NCBI GenBank assembly: GCA_044229975.1
Contig: JBGARZ010000005.1
Location: 64,001 to 128,000, forward strand
DNA: 64,000 nucleotides
DNA from: Polyangiales bacterium
Lineage (GTDB): Bacteria > Myxococcota_A > Polyangia > Polyangiales > Ga0077539
Direction of reading: 5' to 3'
The notes below the pieces were generated by a model. The model was not told the origin of the DNA. It searched no databases and worked only from the letters and a program-made list of their open reading frames with translations. Below are positions 1-9,226 of this stretch, in pieces (position 1 is the first letter of the stretch; each line of letters opens with the position of its first letter). The translations under genes and the position numbers were made by a program.

Positions 1-1032
1 ATGCTCGGCACGGCCACCCCGCTGTATCGACTCATGTACGAGCTCCTCCCGGGCGTGAGGGCCTTTCGGATGCCGCCGCGGTACAGCGCCATCCTCGGCG
101 CCGCCGCCGCCATCCTCGCCGCGGGTGGGGCGTCGGTGTTGCCTCGCGCCAACATCACCGCGTGGGTGGCGATGGCGGCGGTGCTCGCGAGCCTGTGGCC
201 CACGTTGCCGCCGGGAAGGAGCGTGCAGACGAGACCCATCCCAGGCGGCGCGGCCCGCTACGCGACGCTACGCGCGCACCTCGATGACGTGGAGTCGTCG
301 TGGCGCGTACACGATGAGTTCGGCCTCGGGCTGCGCGCGGGCACCCGCTTCCACTTCCGCGACCTGCGCGGCTATCAAGACCCGCTCCAGCTCCGGCGCT
401 ACTCGCGCGTGATGAACGAGCTCGGCGGCCACCCCCAGCTCCTCGAACAGTTCAACGTCCGCTACCTCCTGCGCGGGCCGCACTTCCTCCACGGCACCGA
501 ACACCACTTCCTCCCCGCGGGTGCCGAAGCCTCCATCGCGCGCGAGCTCGGCGACGGCGTGTGGGAGACCCGCGCTCCACTGCCCGCGGCCTACCTCATC
601 GAGCACGCCGAGGTGCTCCCGTCGGGCGACGCCGTGTTCGACCGCCTCGTCTCCGTTGCCCCGTCGCCCGTATGCCTGCTCGAAGCCGACGAGGGCGCTG
701 CGCCCGCTGGCGCGGCGGGCGCTCCGGTGGCGGCGACCGCCGTCCGGCTCACGCCCGATACGCTCACGTTGCGCGTCGACGCACCGCGCGGCGGATGGTT
801 GGTGGTGCAGGAGAGCTGGTACCCGGGCTGGGTGGCCACCGTCGACGGGCGCCCGACGATCGTACGTCGTGCGAACTACCTCATGCGCGCGCTGCGGGTT
901 CCACCGGGTCGCCACGCTGTCGCGATGCGGTATGCGCCACCACGCTACCGCCCACTGGCGGCGGTCGCGCTCCTCGCGCTGGCCGTGTCGATCGCGCTGC
1001 TGGTCCGGCGGCCGAAGCGGTCGGCGGAGTAG
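1..1032 (+). CDS. YfhO-family membrane protein, 5'-partial
   Basis: C-terminal motif LVVQESWYPGWVATVDG...RANYLMRALRVPPGRHAV followed by a TM helix is typical of YfhO; ORF runs off the window start. Confidence 0.75.
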   Translation: MLGTATPLYRLMYELLPGVRAFRMPPRYSAILGAAAAILAAGGASVLPRANITAWVAMAAVLASLWPTLPPGRSVQTRPIPGGAARYATLRAHLDDVESSWRVHDEFGLGLRAGTRFHFRDLRGYQDPLQLRRYSRVMNELGGHPQLLEQFNVRYLLRGPHFLHGTEHHFLPAGAEASIARELGDGVWETRAPLPAAYLIEHAEVLPSGDAVFDRLVSVAPSPVCLLEADEGAAPAGAAGAPVAATAVRLTPDTLTLRVDAPRGGWLVVQESWYPGWVATVDGRPTIVRRANYLMRALRVPPGRHAVAMRYAPPRYRPLAAVALLALAVSIALLVRRPKRSAE

Positions 1033-1113
1033 AACGCCAGGCGGGCCATCGACGAGGGACTGCCGGCGCGCAATTGACCCACGCAACGAAGCGCCCGCAG
1101 CATCGCGGCCGCC

Positions 1114-2037
1114 ATGCAGGAGATCAACGTCCGGGGCACCTACCTCATCGCGACGATCGCGCTCTTCGTCGCGTCGGTTTGCCTGCTGGGCGTGGTGACG
1201 TCCGCGCTCAGCGAGACGACCCTCATCACGCTCGGTGTCAGCGCCCTCGTCGCCGGCGTACTCCTCAACTACGAGCGCCGACGCGACTCCCTCGCGCTCG
1301 CGCTCTACGCCGCCTGCGTGCTCCCCTTCGTCGCTCTCGTCGCGGGCATCATCTGGCGGCAGGCCGACGCCGGACCTTCGCAGATCGCGGTCGCCACCCT
1401 CGCCGTGTCCGTGGCGGGTTTCGTCGCGTGCGTGGCCTTCGTCATCCGCGAGCGCCGCAAGACGGACGTCGTCCCCAACGTGCTCCTCCAGCGCGTGTCG
1501 CCTGCCAGCGTCTTCGAGAGCGAGGGCGTCCAGTGGGCGTTCGCCCAGGGCAGCAGCGACCTGCGACGACCCAGCACGATCCAGGTCCTCCTCCAGAACT
1601 GCATCGACGCTCCGCGCCGCGTTCGCATCAGGCTCACCGAAGAGTCCGGCACGCTGCGCCGTCGCGGAGGCGTCCGCCTGCCACCGATCGGCGACGTCGA
1701 GCTCGCGGCCGGAGAGGTCGTCGCCGTCACGGTGCCCGTCTCCGCCGGCGCGCGCGAGTCCCGCTGCGTCGACGTGTACATCGAGCTGCGCGCGAGCGGC
1801 CCTGCGGGCGAGCGCCTGCGCGTGTTTCGCGGCCGCATCGCGTCGACGCGGGTGTCGGTCGTCATGCAGATCCTCGGCGCCTTCGCGGGCTACTTCCTGT
1901 GGGGCGGCGGCGTCTCGGTGAGCTTCGCCAACACTGAGCCCGTGGCCGACGATCACCCCCTCACCGCCCCCACGAGGGAGACCCTCTGGTCGATGCCGCC
2001 GCGCGATCTGCTGCCGCCGACGTCACCGGGTTCGTGA
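1114..2037 (+). CDS. hypothetical membrane protein
   Basis: ATG start, four N-terminal hydrophobic segments, GC3-rich codon usage. Confidence 0.7.
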   Translation: MQEINVRGTYLIATIALFVASVCLLGVVTSALSETTLITLGVSALVAGVLLNYERRRDSLALALYAACVLPFVALVAGIIWRQADAGPSQIAVATLAVSVAGFVACVAFVIRERRKTDVVPNVLLQRVSPASVFESEGVQWAFAQGSSDLRRPSTIQVLLQNCIDAPRRVRIRLTEESGTLRRRGGVRLPPIGDVELAAGEVVAVTVPVSAGARESRCVDVYIELRASGPAGERLRVFRGRIASTRVSVVMQILGAFAGYFLWGGGVSVSFANTEPVADDHPLTAPTRETLWSMPPRDLLPPTSPGS

Positions 2038-2043
2038 GGCCGG

Positions 2044-2820
2044 TCAGCGCTCGACGACGTAGACGAAGTACGCGCTCGTCACCGCGAACGACCCCGCCGC
2101 CTCGTTGCCCCTTTCGAGCGCCTCGATGCTGCGCTCACGCAGCGACTCCCACGCGCCCGGGATGTTGGTCAGTACCTTCTTCGAGAAGCGCCACACCGGG
2201 TGGTTGGTCGCCTGCTCGTCGAACCACGCCGCGGCTGAGTCCGCGCGAAACACCAGGCTCGTCTCGGTCGTCTCGGTCGTCGCGCCCTTCGCCGCAAACA
2301 GCGCCCGCACGCTCTCCGGATCCCACCACGGCGGCGGCGCACCCGGCGGCGTCGGTTGCAGCGCCGCGAGCGCCTGGCGCAGCAGCATCCCTGCCTCGGC
2401 GATGGCACCGTCCGCCGTCCACGCCGAGATCACGGCGCGCCCGCCCGGCGCCAACACCCGGACCACCTCCTCCGCCGCCCGCTCATGATCCGGCGCGAAG
2501 ATCACCGCGAAGACCGAGACCACCGCGTCGAAGGCACCGTCGCCAAAGGGCAGCGCCTCGGCCGACCCCACCACGCAGTCGATGGTCAGCCCCTCGGCGC
2601 GCGCCCGCTGCCCCGTGACCTCCACCAGCCGCGCCGCCGGGTCGATCGCCCGCACCGTCGCGCCCCGTCGCGCCGCCGCCAGCGCCGCGTTGCCCGTCCC
2701 GCAGCCCAGGTCGAGCACCCTGCGCCCAGGGCCCACCGCCGCGCGGTTCACCACCACCTCGGTCGCTTCGAGCAGCGAGCGCGCCGTGTTCTCGTAGGTT
2801 CCGTCGCCCCAGTCGATCAT
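2044..2820 (-). CDS. class I SAM-dependent methyltransferase
   Basis: VLDLGCGTG motif I, AEALPFGDGAFDAVVS, RVLAPGG; start taken at MIDWG. Confidence 0.85.
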   Translation of the reverse strand: MIDWGDGTYENTARSLLEATEVVVNRAAVGPGRRVLDLGCGTGNAALAAARRGATVRAIDPAARLVEVTGQRARAEGLTIDCVVGSAEALPFGDGAFDAVVSVFAVIFAPDHERAAEEVVRVLAPGGRAVISAWTADGAIAEAGMLLRQALAALQPTPPGAPPPWWDPESVRALFAAKGATTETTETSLVFRADSAAAWFDEQATNHPVWRFSKKVLTNIPGAWESLRERSIEALERGNEAAGSFAVTSAYFVYVVER

Positions 2821-2896
2821 GCGCGCCACGCTACCACCGCCCGAGACGGACGCGGCGCTGGCCTTCGCGACCGGGTTCGTGGCGTACTCCGAGGCG

Positions 2897-3886
2897 ATGG
2901 CGTCGACCGCGAACCAAGTGACCACGGGCCCGCGCGAGCGTCCGCTCTTCGGCGTCAACCTGCCGTGGTTCTTCGGGTCTTACGGGCACGACCTCGCGCC
3001 CAACGAGCACCACCCCACCTGGGGTCACCGCTTCGACGCCGCCCTCGCCGAGCGCTCGCTCCAGTCGGCCCGCGCGATGGGCTTCGACGCCGTTCGCATC
3101 TGGCTCTGTGAGCACGCCGAAGGGGTCGTCACCCGCGACGGTCGCATCGACGCCGTGCACCCGGCCCTGCTCGCCAGCATCGACGCCCTCCAGGGCATCG
3201 CCGCGCGCCTCGGCCTCCGCGTCTACTGGACCCTCCTCGACGCCAACTCGTGGAAGCGCGAGGGCGACGCGCTCACCCACGCCATCGTCGTCGACCCCGA
3301 CGCCACCGCGCGCTTCGCCGAACGCATCGCGGCCCCCATCGCCCGCGCGCTCGACCCGTCGCTCGCCGTCGCGTTGGAGGTGCTCAACGAGCCCGAGGTG
3401 ATGACCCCCGAGTGCCTCGCTCCCACCGACTCCTCCGTCCCATGGACCACCATCGGCCGCGCGCTGCACACCATCGGCGACGCCATCCGCGCCGAGCGCC
3501 CCGCCATCCCGGTGACCGCCGGCACGATGCACGTCTTCCTCCCGCGCCTCTGGGCGAGCGGCGCCGCGCTCGACGCCATCGACGTGCACCTCTATCACCC
3601 CGACGGCGGCCTGCCTCCGCTCGCTCACCTCGCGGACTACGTGGGCGACCAGCGCATCGCGCGCGGGGAGGTTCCGCTCATCGCGGGCGAGTGCGGGATG
3701 CCCGATGGGGTCGACGTCGCCGAGCACGGGCGCCTCGCCAACTACCTGCACAACGCCGCGCGCAACGACTACCGCGCGGCCTTCCTGTGGCGCCTCGAAG
3801 GTCCGTTGGTGCGCCGCGACGACGAGGGTTCGCTGACCGACGCCGGGCACCGCGTGCGCGACACGCTGGGCCGGGGCGTGCCGTGA
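2897..3886 (+). CDS. clan GH-A (GH5-like) glycoside hydrolase
   Basis: FGVNLPW, GFDAVRIW, LEVLNEPE (acid/base), DVHLY, IAGECG (nucleophile). Confidence 0.7.
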   Translation: MASTANQVTTGPRERPLFGVNLPWFFGSYGHDLAPNEHHPTWGHRFDAALAERSLQSARAMGFDAVRIWLCEHAEGVVTRDGRIDAVHPALLASIDALQGIAARLGLRVYWTLLDANSWKREGDALTHAIVVDPDATARFAERIAAPIARALDPSLAVALEVLNEPEVMTPECLAPTDSSVPWTTIGRALHTIGDAIRAERPAIPVTAGTMHVFLPRLWASGAALDAIDVHLYHPDGGLPPLAHLADYVGDQRIARGEVPLIAGECGMPDGVDVAEHGRLANYLHNAARNDYRAAFLWRLEGPLVRRDDEGSLTDAGHRVRDTLGRGVP

Positions 3887-4689
3887 GCGCCAACTCGGTC
3901 GAGCGGTGGGATGTGTTCTGGCGGTGGGAGAGCTTCCGTCGGCGGTGCGACCCGGTAGACGCGCGCCGCTGGAAGCGCGACTCGCAGCGCGAGCTCTGGG
4001 AGCGCTTCGGTGACCGCGACCCGCTGGTGCTGGACGCGACGCTCGGGCTCGGCGACCACGCGCTCAACCTCTGCGAGCTGGGCTTCCGCACGGAGGGCTG
4101 CGACGGGAGCGCGCTGGCGTTGTCGCTCGCCCGCGAGATGCTGGCGCGGGAGGGCGCGCGGGTGGAGACCTTCGAGGCGCGGTGGGCCTCGCTGGGCGCG
4201 ACGCACGCGGGTCGCTACGGGCTGATCTTCCACGACGCGCTGCACTGGATCTACGAGCGCGACGAGCTGCTCGCGGCGCTGCGCGGACTGCACGCGGCGC
4301 TGGCGCCGGGCGGGGCGCTGGCGTTCTTCTTCGCGGAGGCGAAGAAGCCCGAGGAGGGGGAGGCGCTGCGGGTGATGCAGTGGGAGCTCGCGCGCCTGGT
4401 CGAGCACGAGGACGTGTGGTCGCACGAGCGCGACGGGACGCGGGTGACGTGCACGCGGCGCAACGTGGTGGGGGCGGACTACATCGATCAGGCGTACTCG
4501 TTTGCGGTGAGCGAGCCGGGTGGGGCCACGCGGGTGGAGGAGACGACGTTGCGCCGGGTGTACCGATGGGACTGGTTCGCGCTGGGCGGGGTGCTGCGCG
4601 AGGCGGGCTTCGTGGATGTGCGGTCGGAGCAGTGCCGCAACGCGCTCGGGGATGGCTACGCGCTCAACCTGGCGTACCGGGCTGGGTAA
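3883..4689 (+). CDS. class I SAM-dependent methyltransferase
   Basis: VLDATLGLG motif, GCDGS, ALAPGG; GTG start overlaps upstream TGA (GTGA). Confidence 0.75.
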   Translation: MSANSVERWDVFWRWESFRRRCDPVDARRWKRDSQRELWERFGDRDPLVLDATLGLGDHALNLCELGFRTEGCDGSALALSLAREMLAREGARVETFEARWASLGATHAGRYGLIFHDALHWIYERDELLAALRGLHAALAPGGALAFFFAEAKKPEEGEALRVMQWELARLVEHEDVWSHERDGTRVTCTRRNVVGADYIDQAYSFAVSEPGGATRVEETTLRRVYRWDWFALGGVLREAGFVDVRSEQCRNALGDGYALNLAYRAG

Positions 4690-4729
4690 CCGCGCGAGCT
4701 TCGACGCATGGCCCGCAATGCGCGCGTCT

Positions 4730-4820
4730 GCCCAACGGCTGGCCGCTGTGCCACCGCAGTGGGCGGGGTGGGGTGGTGATGAGTGGAGTGGGAGCGGTCG
4801 GCACCATCGGCTTGTTGGGC
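4730..4820 (-). repeat. attC site 1
   Basis: Minus strand GCCCAAC-AAGCCGATGGTGCCGACCGC...GCGGTGGCACAGCGGCCAGCC-GTTGGGC, directly after the TAG of the cassette gene. Confidence 0.9.
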
Positions 4821-4821
4821 A

Positions 4822-5520
4822 CTAGCCACTGCCATTGATGACTAGCACTTTGCGCCCCGTTCCGCCATCCGCTTCCCAGCCGTATTTCGTCACACCTCGG
4901 CGTCCCAAACACTCGCAAGTTGCGGTGCCGCTCGCCGTTGCGTTCATGAACTCAACGATCAGAAGACTCCGCAAGGCCATTCGGGACACCAAGCTGTCGC
5001 ACATTCGGCCAAGCGCCTCGCCGGAGTAGTATTGCAGTACCTTGCGACAGACGATCAGGTCGAACGGGCCCGTTTCGACTGAGGCGTCGGCAATGTCGCC
5101 TCGAACAAAGCGAATGGTCCCACCAGCACGATACGGCGGAGTCCATACGCACTGTTTCGCGAGCTTGCCTTCTCTGTAGGTGTCATACCGGTGCTCGCGA
5201 ACCGTTGGCGCCGCGCAGTTCGCTTGTAGACGCAAGAGCGCTACATCCGAGATGTCTAGCGCTGTGACCTCTGCTCCCATCGCGACAAAGTCGAGAGGTT
5301 CGATCGAGACACCGTTACCGGCAAAGAGAGCCCGAGACACTGGCGTCGATTCAAAGTACTCCCGCATTTGGAACGCCAACGAGTAGATGGGGAGTGAATC
5401 GCCCGCATGGCTCGCCCACCACTTGTTCCACCATTCAGGGTTGCGAACCTCCTCGGCGTGGTGGCGACCACCTGAGGTGGCCTCTCTTCCCGAGAACAGG
5501 CTACGGATGAACGAAAGCAT
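4822..5520 (-). CDS. cassette gene: divergent class I SAM methyltransferase
   Basis: LFAGNGVS motif, VTALDISD, FVRGDI, GPFDLIVCR; lies between attC sites. Confidence 0.7.
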   Translation of the reverse strand: MLSFIRSLFSGREATSGGRHHAEEVRNPEWWNKWWASHAGDSLPIYSLAFQMREYFESTPVSRALFAGNGVSIEPLDFVAMGAEVTALDISDVALLRLQANCAAPTVREHRYDTYREGKLAKQCVWTPPYRAGGTIRFVRGDIADASVETGPFDLIVCRKVLQYYSGEALGRMCDSLVSRMALRSLLIVEFMNATASGTATCECLGRRGVTKYGWEADGGTGRKVLVINGSG

Positions 5521-5533
5521 GGTCCTCTGTATC

Positions 5534-5624
5534 GCCTAACGACTGGCCGATGTGCCGCCGCACCGGGCGCGGCGGGTTGGCAGTGGGTGAAGCGGGGGCG
5601 GTCGGCACCATCGGCTTGTTGGGC
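5534..5624 (-). repeat. attC site 2
   Basis: GCCCAAC...GTTAGGC on minus strand, same conserved arms, 91 bp. Confidence 0.9.
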
Positions 5625-5647
5625 ACGTCAGGTCGCATGCGTCACAT

Positions 5648-6127
5648 TCACAGGTAATCAAAGAACCGGATCCACCAAGTGATTCGTCCGTCGTTGAGCG
5701 CGCGGTTCTTGCCGTCGTAGATCTCGCCGAGTTCGTCTGCTGGCACATATCTCCAGCCTCGCAGTTCGACCACTGCCCTGATTCTATCCACCGGGTAGTT
5801 TGTCAGAGTGTCCGGCACGGCGCTGTAGATCGTATAAAAGCGCCCGAAGTTCGAGAACCGCACCGCGATCTCGGGAGTGAGGGCTACGACGCCATTCGCG
5901 CGAAAGCTGTCCGGATGAAGTCGGCGCAGTTCGTCGTGAAAGGATGCGTCTTGCACATACCCATCGCGGTCAAACGGCAGATTGAGTTCATTGCGTAGAG
6001 TTTCCTGAATGCTCCCAACGCTTGCCGCGAGTGCGTCGTACGGGAAGGCCGCCCAATTCTCTCCGGGCACCTCGCAACCGACGGGGTCGTCAGAGTCGTC
6101 GAGCAGTTTTCGAAGCGCTGGATTCAC
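5648..6127 (-). CDS. cassette gene: hypothetical protein
   Basis: ORF fills the inter-attC space; probable GTG start (VNPALRK) just after the R' site. Confidence 0.7.
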   Translation of the reverse strand: MNPALRKLLDDSDDPVGCEVPGENWAAFPYDALAASVGSIQETLRNELNLPFDRDGYVQDASFHDELRRLHPDSFRANGVVALTPEIAVRFSNFGRFYTIYSAVPDTLTNYPVDRIRAVVELRGWRYVPADELGEIYDGKNRALNDGRITWWIRFFDYL

Positions 6128-6135
6128 GGATACCT

Positions 6136-6226
6136 GCCCAACGACTGGCCGCTGTGCCGCCGCCACGTATCAGGTGACTGTTCCTCTGGCTGATTGGACG
6201 CGGTCGGCACCAGCGGCTTGTTAGGA
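6136..6226 (-). repeat. attC site 3
   Basis: TCCTAAC...GTTGGGC on minus strand, 91 bp. Confidence 0.9.
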
Positions 6227-6406
6227 ATGCTGAACCTTGCTGGCGACGCGATGGTGGCAGTGCCGGACGTGGGACGCAGGCCAACCGTGGTCGTTGCCGT
6301 GGTCGTTGCCGTGGTCGTTGCCGTGGTCGTTGCCGTGGTCGTCGCCGCGGCCGTCGCCCTCGCCGTCACTGCCCACTGCCTGGCCGTCACGTCGCTCGTC
6401 TCCCAT
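6221..6406 (-). CDS. possible cassette peptide with (DHGN)n repeats, His/Asp-rich
   Basis: 61-aa ORF whose TAA lies inside the R'' TCCTAAC; no clear RBS, so it may be non-coding. Confidence 0.35.
   Translation of the reverse strand: MGDERRDGQAVGSDGEGDGRGDDHGNDHGNDHGNDHGNDHGWPASHVRHCHHRVASKVQHS
6285..6356. repeat. 12-bp tandem repeat (CCGTGGTCGTTG)x4 plus 2 degenerate copies
   Basis: Read directly from sequence. Confidence 0.9.
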
Positions 6407-6518
6407 CGCTCACAGTTCGCTGCTCGAAGACCGTTGTCCGTTGTCGGACGCTTGCTTCCTCGCCGATCGTGGCCCGATTCGTGCTCTTCGCAGGGCGCCG
6501 CTCGTCGCTCTCCGAGCT

Positions 6519-6609
6519 TCCTAACGGCTGGCCGATGTGCCGCCGCAATGAGCGGGAGATCCGTTCCTGAGGCTGAGTGCGAGCGGTCGGCACCATCGGC
6601 TTGTTGGGC
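6519..6609 (-). repeat. attC site 4
   Basis: GCCCAAC...GTTAGGA on minus strand, 91 bp. Confidence 0.9.
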
Positions 6610-6699
6610 ACGCCGCCCGCTGCCCTGTCCACGCGCATGTGCGACGTCACGCCATTGCTCTCCGTGAACTCCGTAGCGCCGGACCCAAGACGATCGGCA

Positions 6700-7251
6700 T
6701 CAGTCGCGCTTCCATAGCGAGAGGAATTCCGCGGCTACCACCAACGTTCGGCCGCTGTCGGAGAACCCGAATGCCCGTAGCTCGGGCCAATCCTTGACCA
6801 ATAGGAACTCCCTGTCCGATTCGCTGGATGGGTCGTCGTAGGGGACTTTGAGCACCAAGCTCTCACAAGGCCAGTTGGGCGCGATTCGACGGACCTTCCA
6901 TCCGTCCGGGGTGAAGGCCTTGAGCCCTCCCCCCCACAAGCCAGCAACGGGGATGCGCCGGCCGGCGAGCGGCCCGATGCCGACAACCGACACGGGGTAA
7001 GGGTCGTGCTCGCCCTCCGCGTTGCCGCTGTGGCCAGGTTCGTCGGCCAAGGTGTCGCCCGTCTTGGCGTCGACCACGGTCAGTCCGTCGTGGGTCAGCA
7101 CAACCAGCCACTCGGTGCCCGGTGCGAAACCCATCGCGACGGGCATCTCGAAAAATCTCTCCACCGACACCCGCGCCCAAGGGGGCGGCGGATTGACCCT
7201 CTGGCGACTTCGCCACTCTGCACGAATCTTTCGGATGCGCTCATTGGTCAT
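6700..7251 (-). CDS. cassette gene: hypothetical protein (beta-rich)
   Basis: 183-aa ORF filling the inter-attC interval. Confidence 0.7.
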   Translation of the reverse strand: MTNERIRKIRAEWRSRQRVNPPPPWARVSVERFFEMPVAMGFAPGTEWLVVLTHDGLTVVDAKTGDTLADEPGHSGNAEGEHDPYPVSVVGIGPLAGRRIPVAGLWGGGLKAFTPDGWKVRRIAPNWPCESLVLKVPYDDPSSESDREFLLVKDWPELRAFGFSDSGRTLVVAAEFLSLWKRD

Positions 7252-7316
7252 TGAGTCTTCGGCCCTGATCGAAGGGCCTTGTCGCTCTCACGCTGCCAAC
7301 CCGTGGGGCCGAGGCT

Positions 7317-7407
7317 GCCCAACGACTGGCCGATGTGCCGCCGCAGCGGGCGCGCCGGGTTGGCGGTGGATGAAGTGGGAGCGGTCGGCACCATCGGCTT
7401 GTTCGGC
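7317..7407 (-). repeat. attC site 5
   Basis: GCCGAAC...GTTGGGC on minus strand, 91 bp. Confidence 0.9.
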
Positions 7408-7441
7408 CAAAGTGGTCGCTGCGACGGCAAGATGGCAGCCA

Positions 7442-7810
7442 TCATGCAATCCAGCATTTTTCCGAGGTGATCTGCTGAACGCTGCCATCACGGCCGAACG
7501 CGACGAACCACGTCCCACCATCACCCAACCCACCGCTAGTTACGCAGCCGAACGAAATCTCAACCTCGTCCGATTCAAGCGGTTTCGCACTCAAGTGGTA
7601 TCCGTGAGCCTTGCCTGTGTAGAAGATCGTGTCGAGGTCGAGGCCAGCTGTAAGTTCGCTGTGAAGAAGTTTGCACGCCAAGATGTGAGTTTCGGTGTCT
7701 GCACACTGGAGAAAGAACGCAGTCACCTTCTCATCGCCAAGGAAGCCTCGCGCCACCGCCACCTCTTTCTCCCGCCGTGTCTTGGGTGTTTTGGTCTTCC
7801 GTCGCTTCAC
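7442..7810 (-). CDS. cassette gene: hypothetical protein
   Basis: Probable GTG start with GGAGG upstream; fills the inter-attC interval. Confidence 0.65.
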   Translation of the reverse strand: MKRRKTKTPKTRREKEVAVARGFLGDEKVTAFFLQCADTETHILACKLLHSELTAGLDLDTIFYTGKAHGYHLSAKPLESDEVEISFGCVTSGGLGDGGTWFVAFGRDGSVQQITSEKCWIA

Positions 7811-7909
7811 AGGGCGTCCCTCCACAAGCATCCCGCTGCCAAGTCTGTGCTCGATCGCGGCGCGCTACCCAATCCTTACTTGCACGCAGCGGCACTCGTC
7901 GAGTCCGCT

Positions 7910-8000
7910 GTCGAACGGCCTGCCGATGTGCCGCCGCATCGGGTGCGACGGGTTGGCAGGGGGTGAAGCGGGGGCGGTCGGCACCATCGGCTTGTTAGAC
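7910..8000 (-). repeat. attC site 6
   Basis: GTCTAAC...GTTCGAC on minus strand, 91 bp. Confidence 0.9.
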
Positions 8001-8028
8001 CAACGGTATGTCATCTGGGTGTCGCTCG

Positions 8029-8529
8029 TCACTCGCCAGTCTCCATTGGGAGCAAAGGCGTTTCTGCCGAACGCCTGAAGTAGCCGGAAACGGCGGCGCC
8101 CGCGTTAGCGAAGAAGCGAGCGTCTTCCTCGTCATCCTCCGGCCGGGCAAGGCGCCACAGAGAGATTTGCCACTCCTGAAAAATGAAGGAAAAGCCGGGA
8201 TCGGTAATGGCACGATCAAATGGTGTGAAGATGTCGAGTGCAGGGATGAGGTCCGATGCTGGCGTCGCAAGCAGATCGTACCCTTGAAACATGACGGCGA
8301 CAGGGCCGCCACGGCACACCTCAATGAACTCCGCGGTGTCTGTCGATCGCTGATAGAACACCTGGAAGGAATTCCCGAACCAGGCATCGGCAAGTGGATC
8401 GTCCGCGAGCATGTTTTTCTGGAAGCTGACGGGAGTCGACCCCATAGCCGCTCGCACTTCCATCCGCGATGCACCCAATCTCACTGGACCGATGCCGACG
8501 AGGGGAATGATGTCAAAGCGAAGCTGCAT
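8029..8529 (-). CDS. cassette gene: hypothetical protein
   Basis: 166-aa ORF starting MQLRFDIIPLVGIGPVRLG, between attC sites. Confidence 0.7.
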   Translation of the reverse strand: MQLRFDIIPLVGIGPVRLGASRMEVRAAMGSTPVSFQKNMLADDPLADAWFGNSFQVFYQRSTDTAEFIEVCRGGPVAVMFQGYDLLATPASDLIPALDIFTPFDRAITDPGFSFIFQEWQISLWRLARPEDDEEDARFFANAGAAVSGYFRRSAETPLLPMETGE

Positions 8530-8649
8530 CGGCGTCCGTCACCTATCGTTTCGTGGCTCGCTACTCGTTGATCGCGGCACGCCAACCATGGCTCTCCGCT
8601 CTGGGATCGCGGCGCGGGTCTTGCTCTTCCGTAGGCCGCTGCTCTGGGC

Positions 8650-8740
8650 GTCTAACGGCTGGCCGGTGTGCCGCCGCACTGGCTGCGTTGGGTTGCCATT
8701 GAGCACATCGTGGGCGGTCGGCACCACCGGCTTGTTAGGA
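8650..8740 (-). repeat. attC site 7
   Basis: TCCTAAC...GTTAGAC on minus strand, 91 bp. Confidence 0.9.
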
Positions 8741-8828
8741 GGCAGCCTGCGCCCCGCCTGCCCGCGCCTCGCGCCTTGCTCATCCGGCGTCAGTGGCTGC
8801 TTGTCGTCCATTGCTCCGTCACCCCGCC

Positions 8829-9146
8829 TTACGTCGCTTCTCGCGAGGCTCTCGCTCGGCCGCCGGACAGTTCAAGCCACTCGACGATCACGTCGGCCGT
8901 CTCGACGAGTGACGTCGTCGTGACGCGCCCTCCGTGCTTGTCCGTCTCGACAAGGAACGGGCACGCGCCGGAGCTCGACTCGATCTGGACTTCGCCCGGC
9001 CGACTTGGAATCCAGAAGAACCACAGGCCGTCGTCGTCTGCGGTATGTGTGACTGACAACTGCTCCCATTCCACGTTGGGCAACCGTGCTCGCACCAGCC
9101 CGATCAGTTCCTCGATGTCCGGCGTTATCGTGGAAACAGTCCCCAT
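8829..9146 (-). CDS. first cassette gene: hypothetical protein
   Basis: ATG (MGTVSTI) with GGAG upstream; 105 aa. Confidence 0.65.
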   Translation of the reverse strand: MGTVSTITPDIEELIGLVRARLPNVEWEQLSVTHTADDDGLWFFWIPSRPGEVQIESSSGACPFLVETDKHGGRVTTTSLVETADVIVEWLELSGGRARASREAT

Positions 9147-9226
9147 TACTCCACCCGCACGCGGCTTGAACCCGATGGGAGACTTTCTCGTTCCAGACTG
9201 CCTCGAACCCTCGCCAGTGTCGCGCC

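Noticed and set aside
4730..8740. Regularly recurring repeats read as a CRISPR array
   Set aside because: Repeats are 91 bp with variable centres, separated by gene-sized segments of several hundred bp; no cas genes; the architecture is attC
5536..8811. Short ORFs sharing PNKPMVPTA or MCRR peptides
   Set aside because: They are translations of the attC repeats themselves
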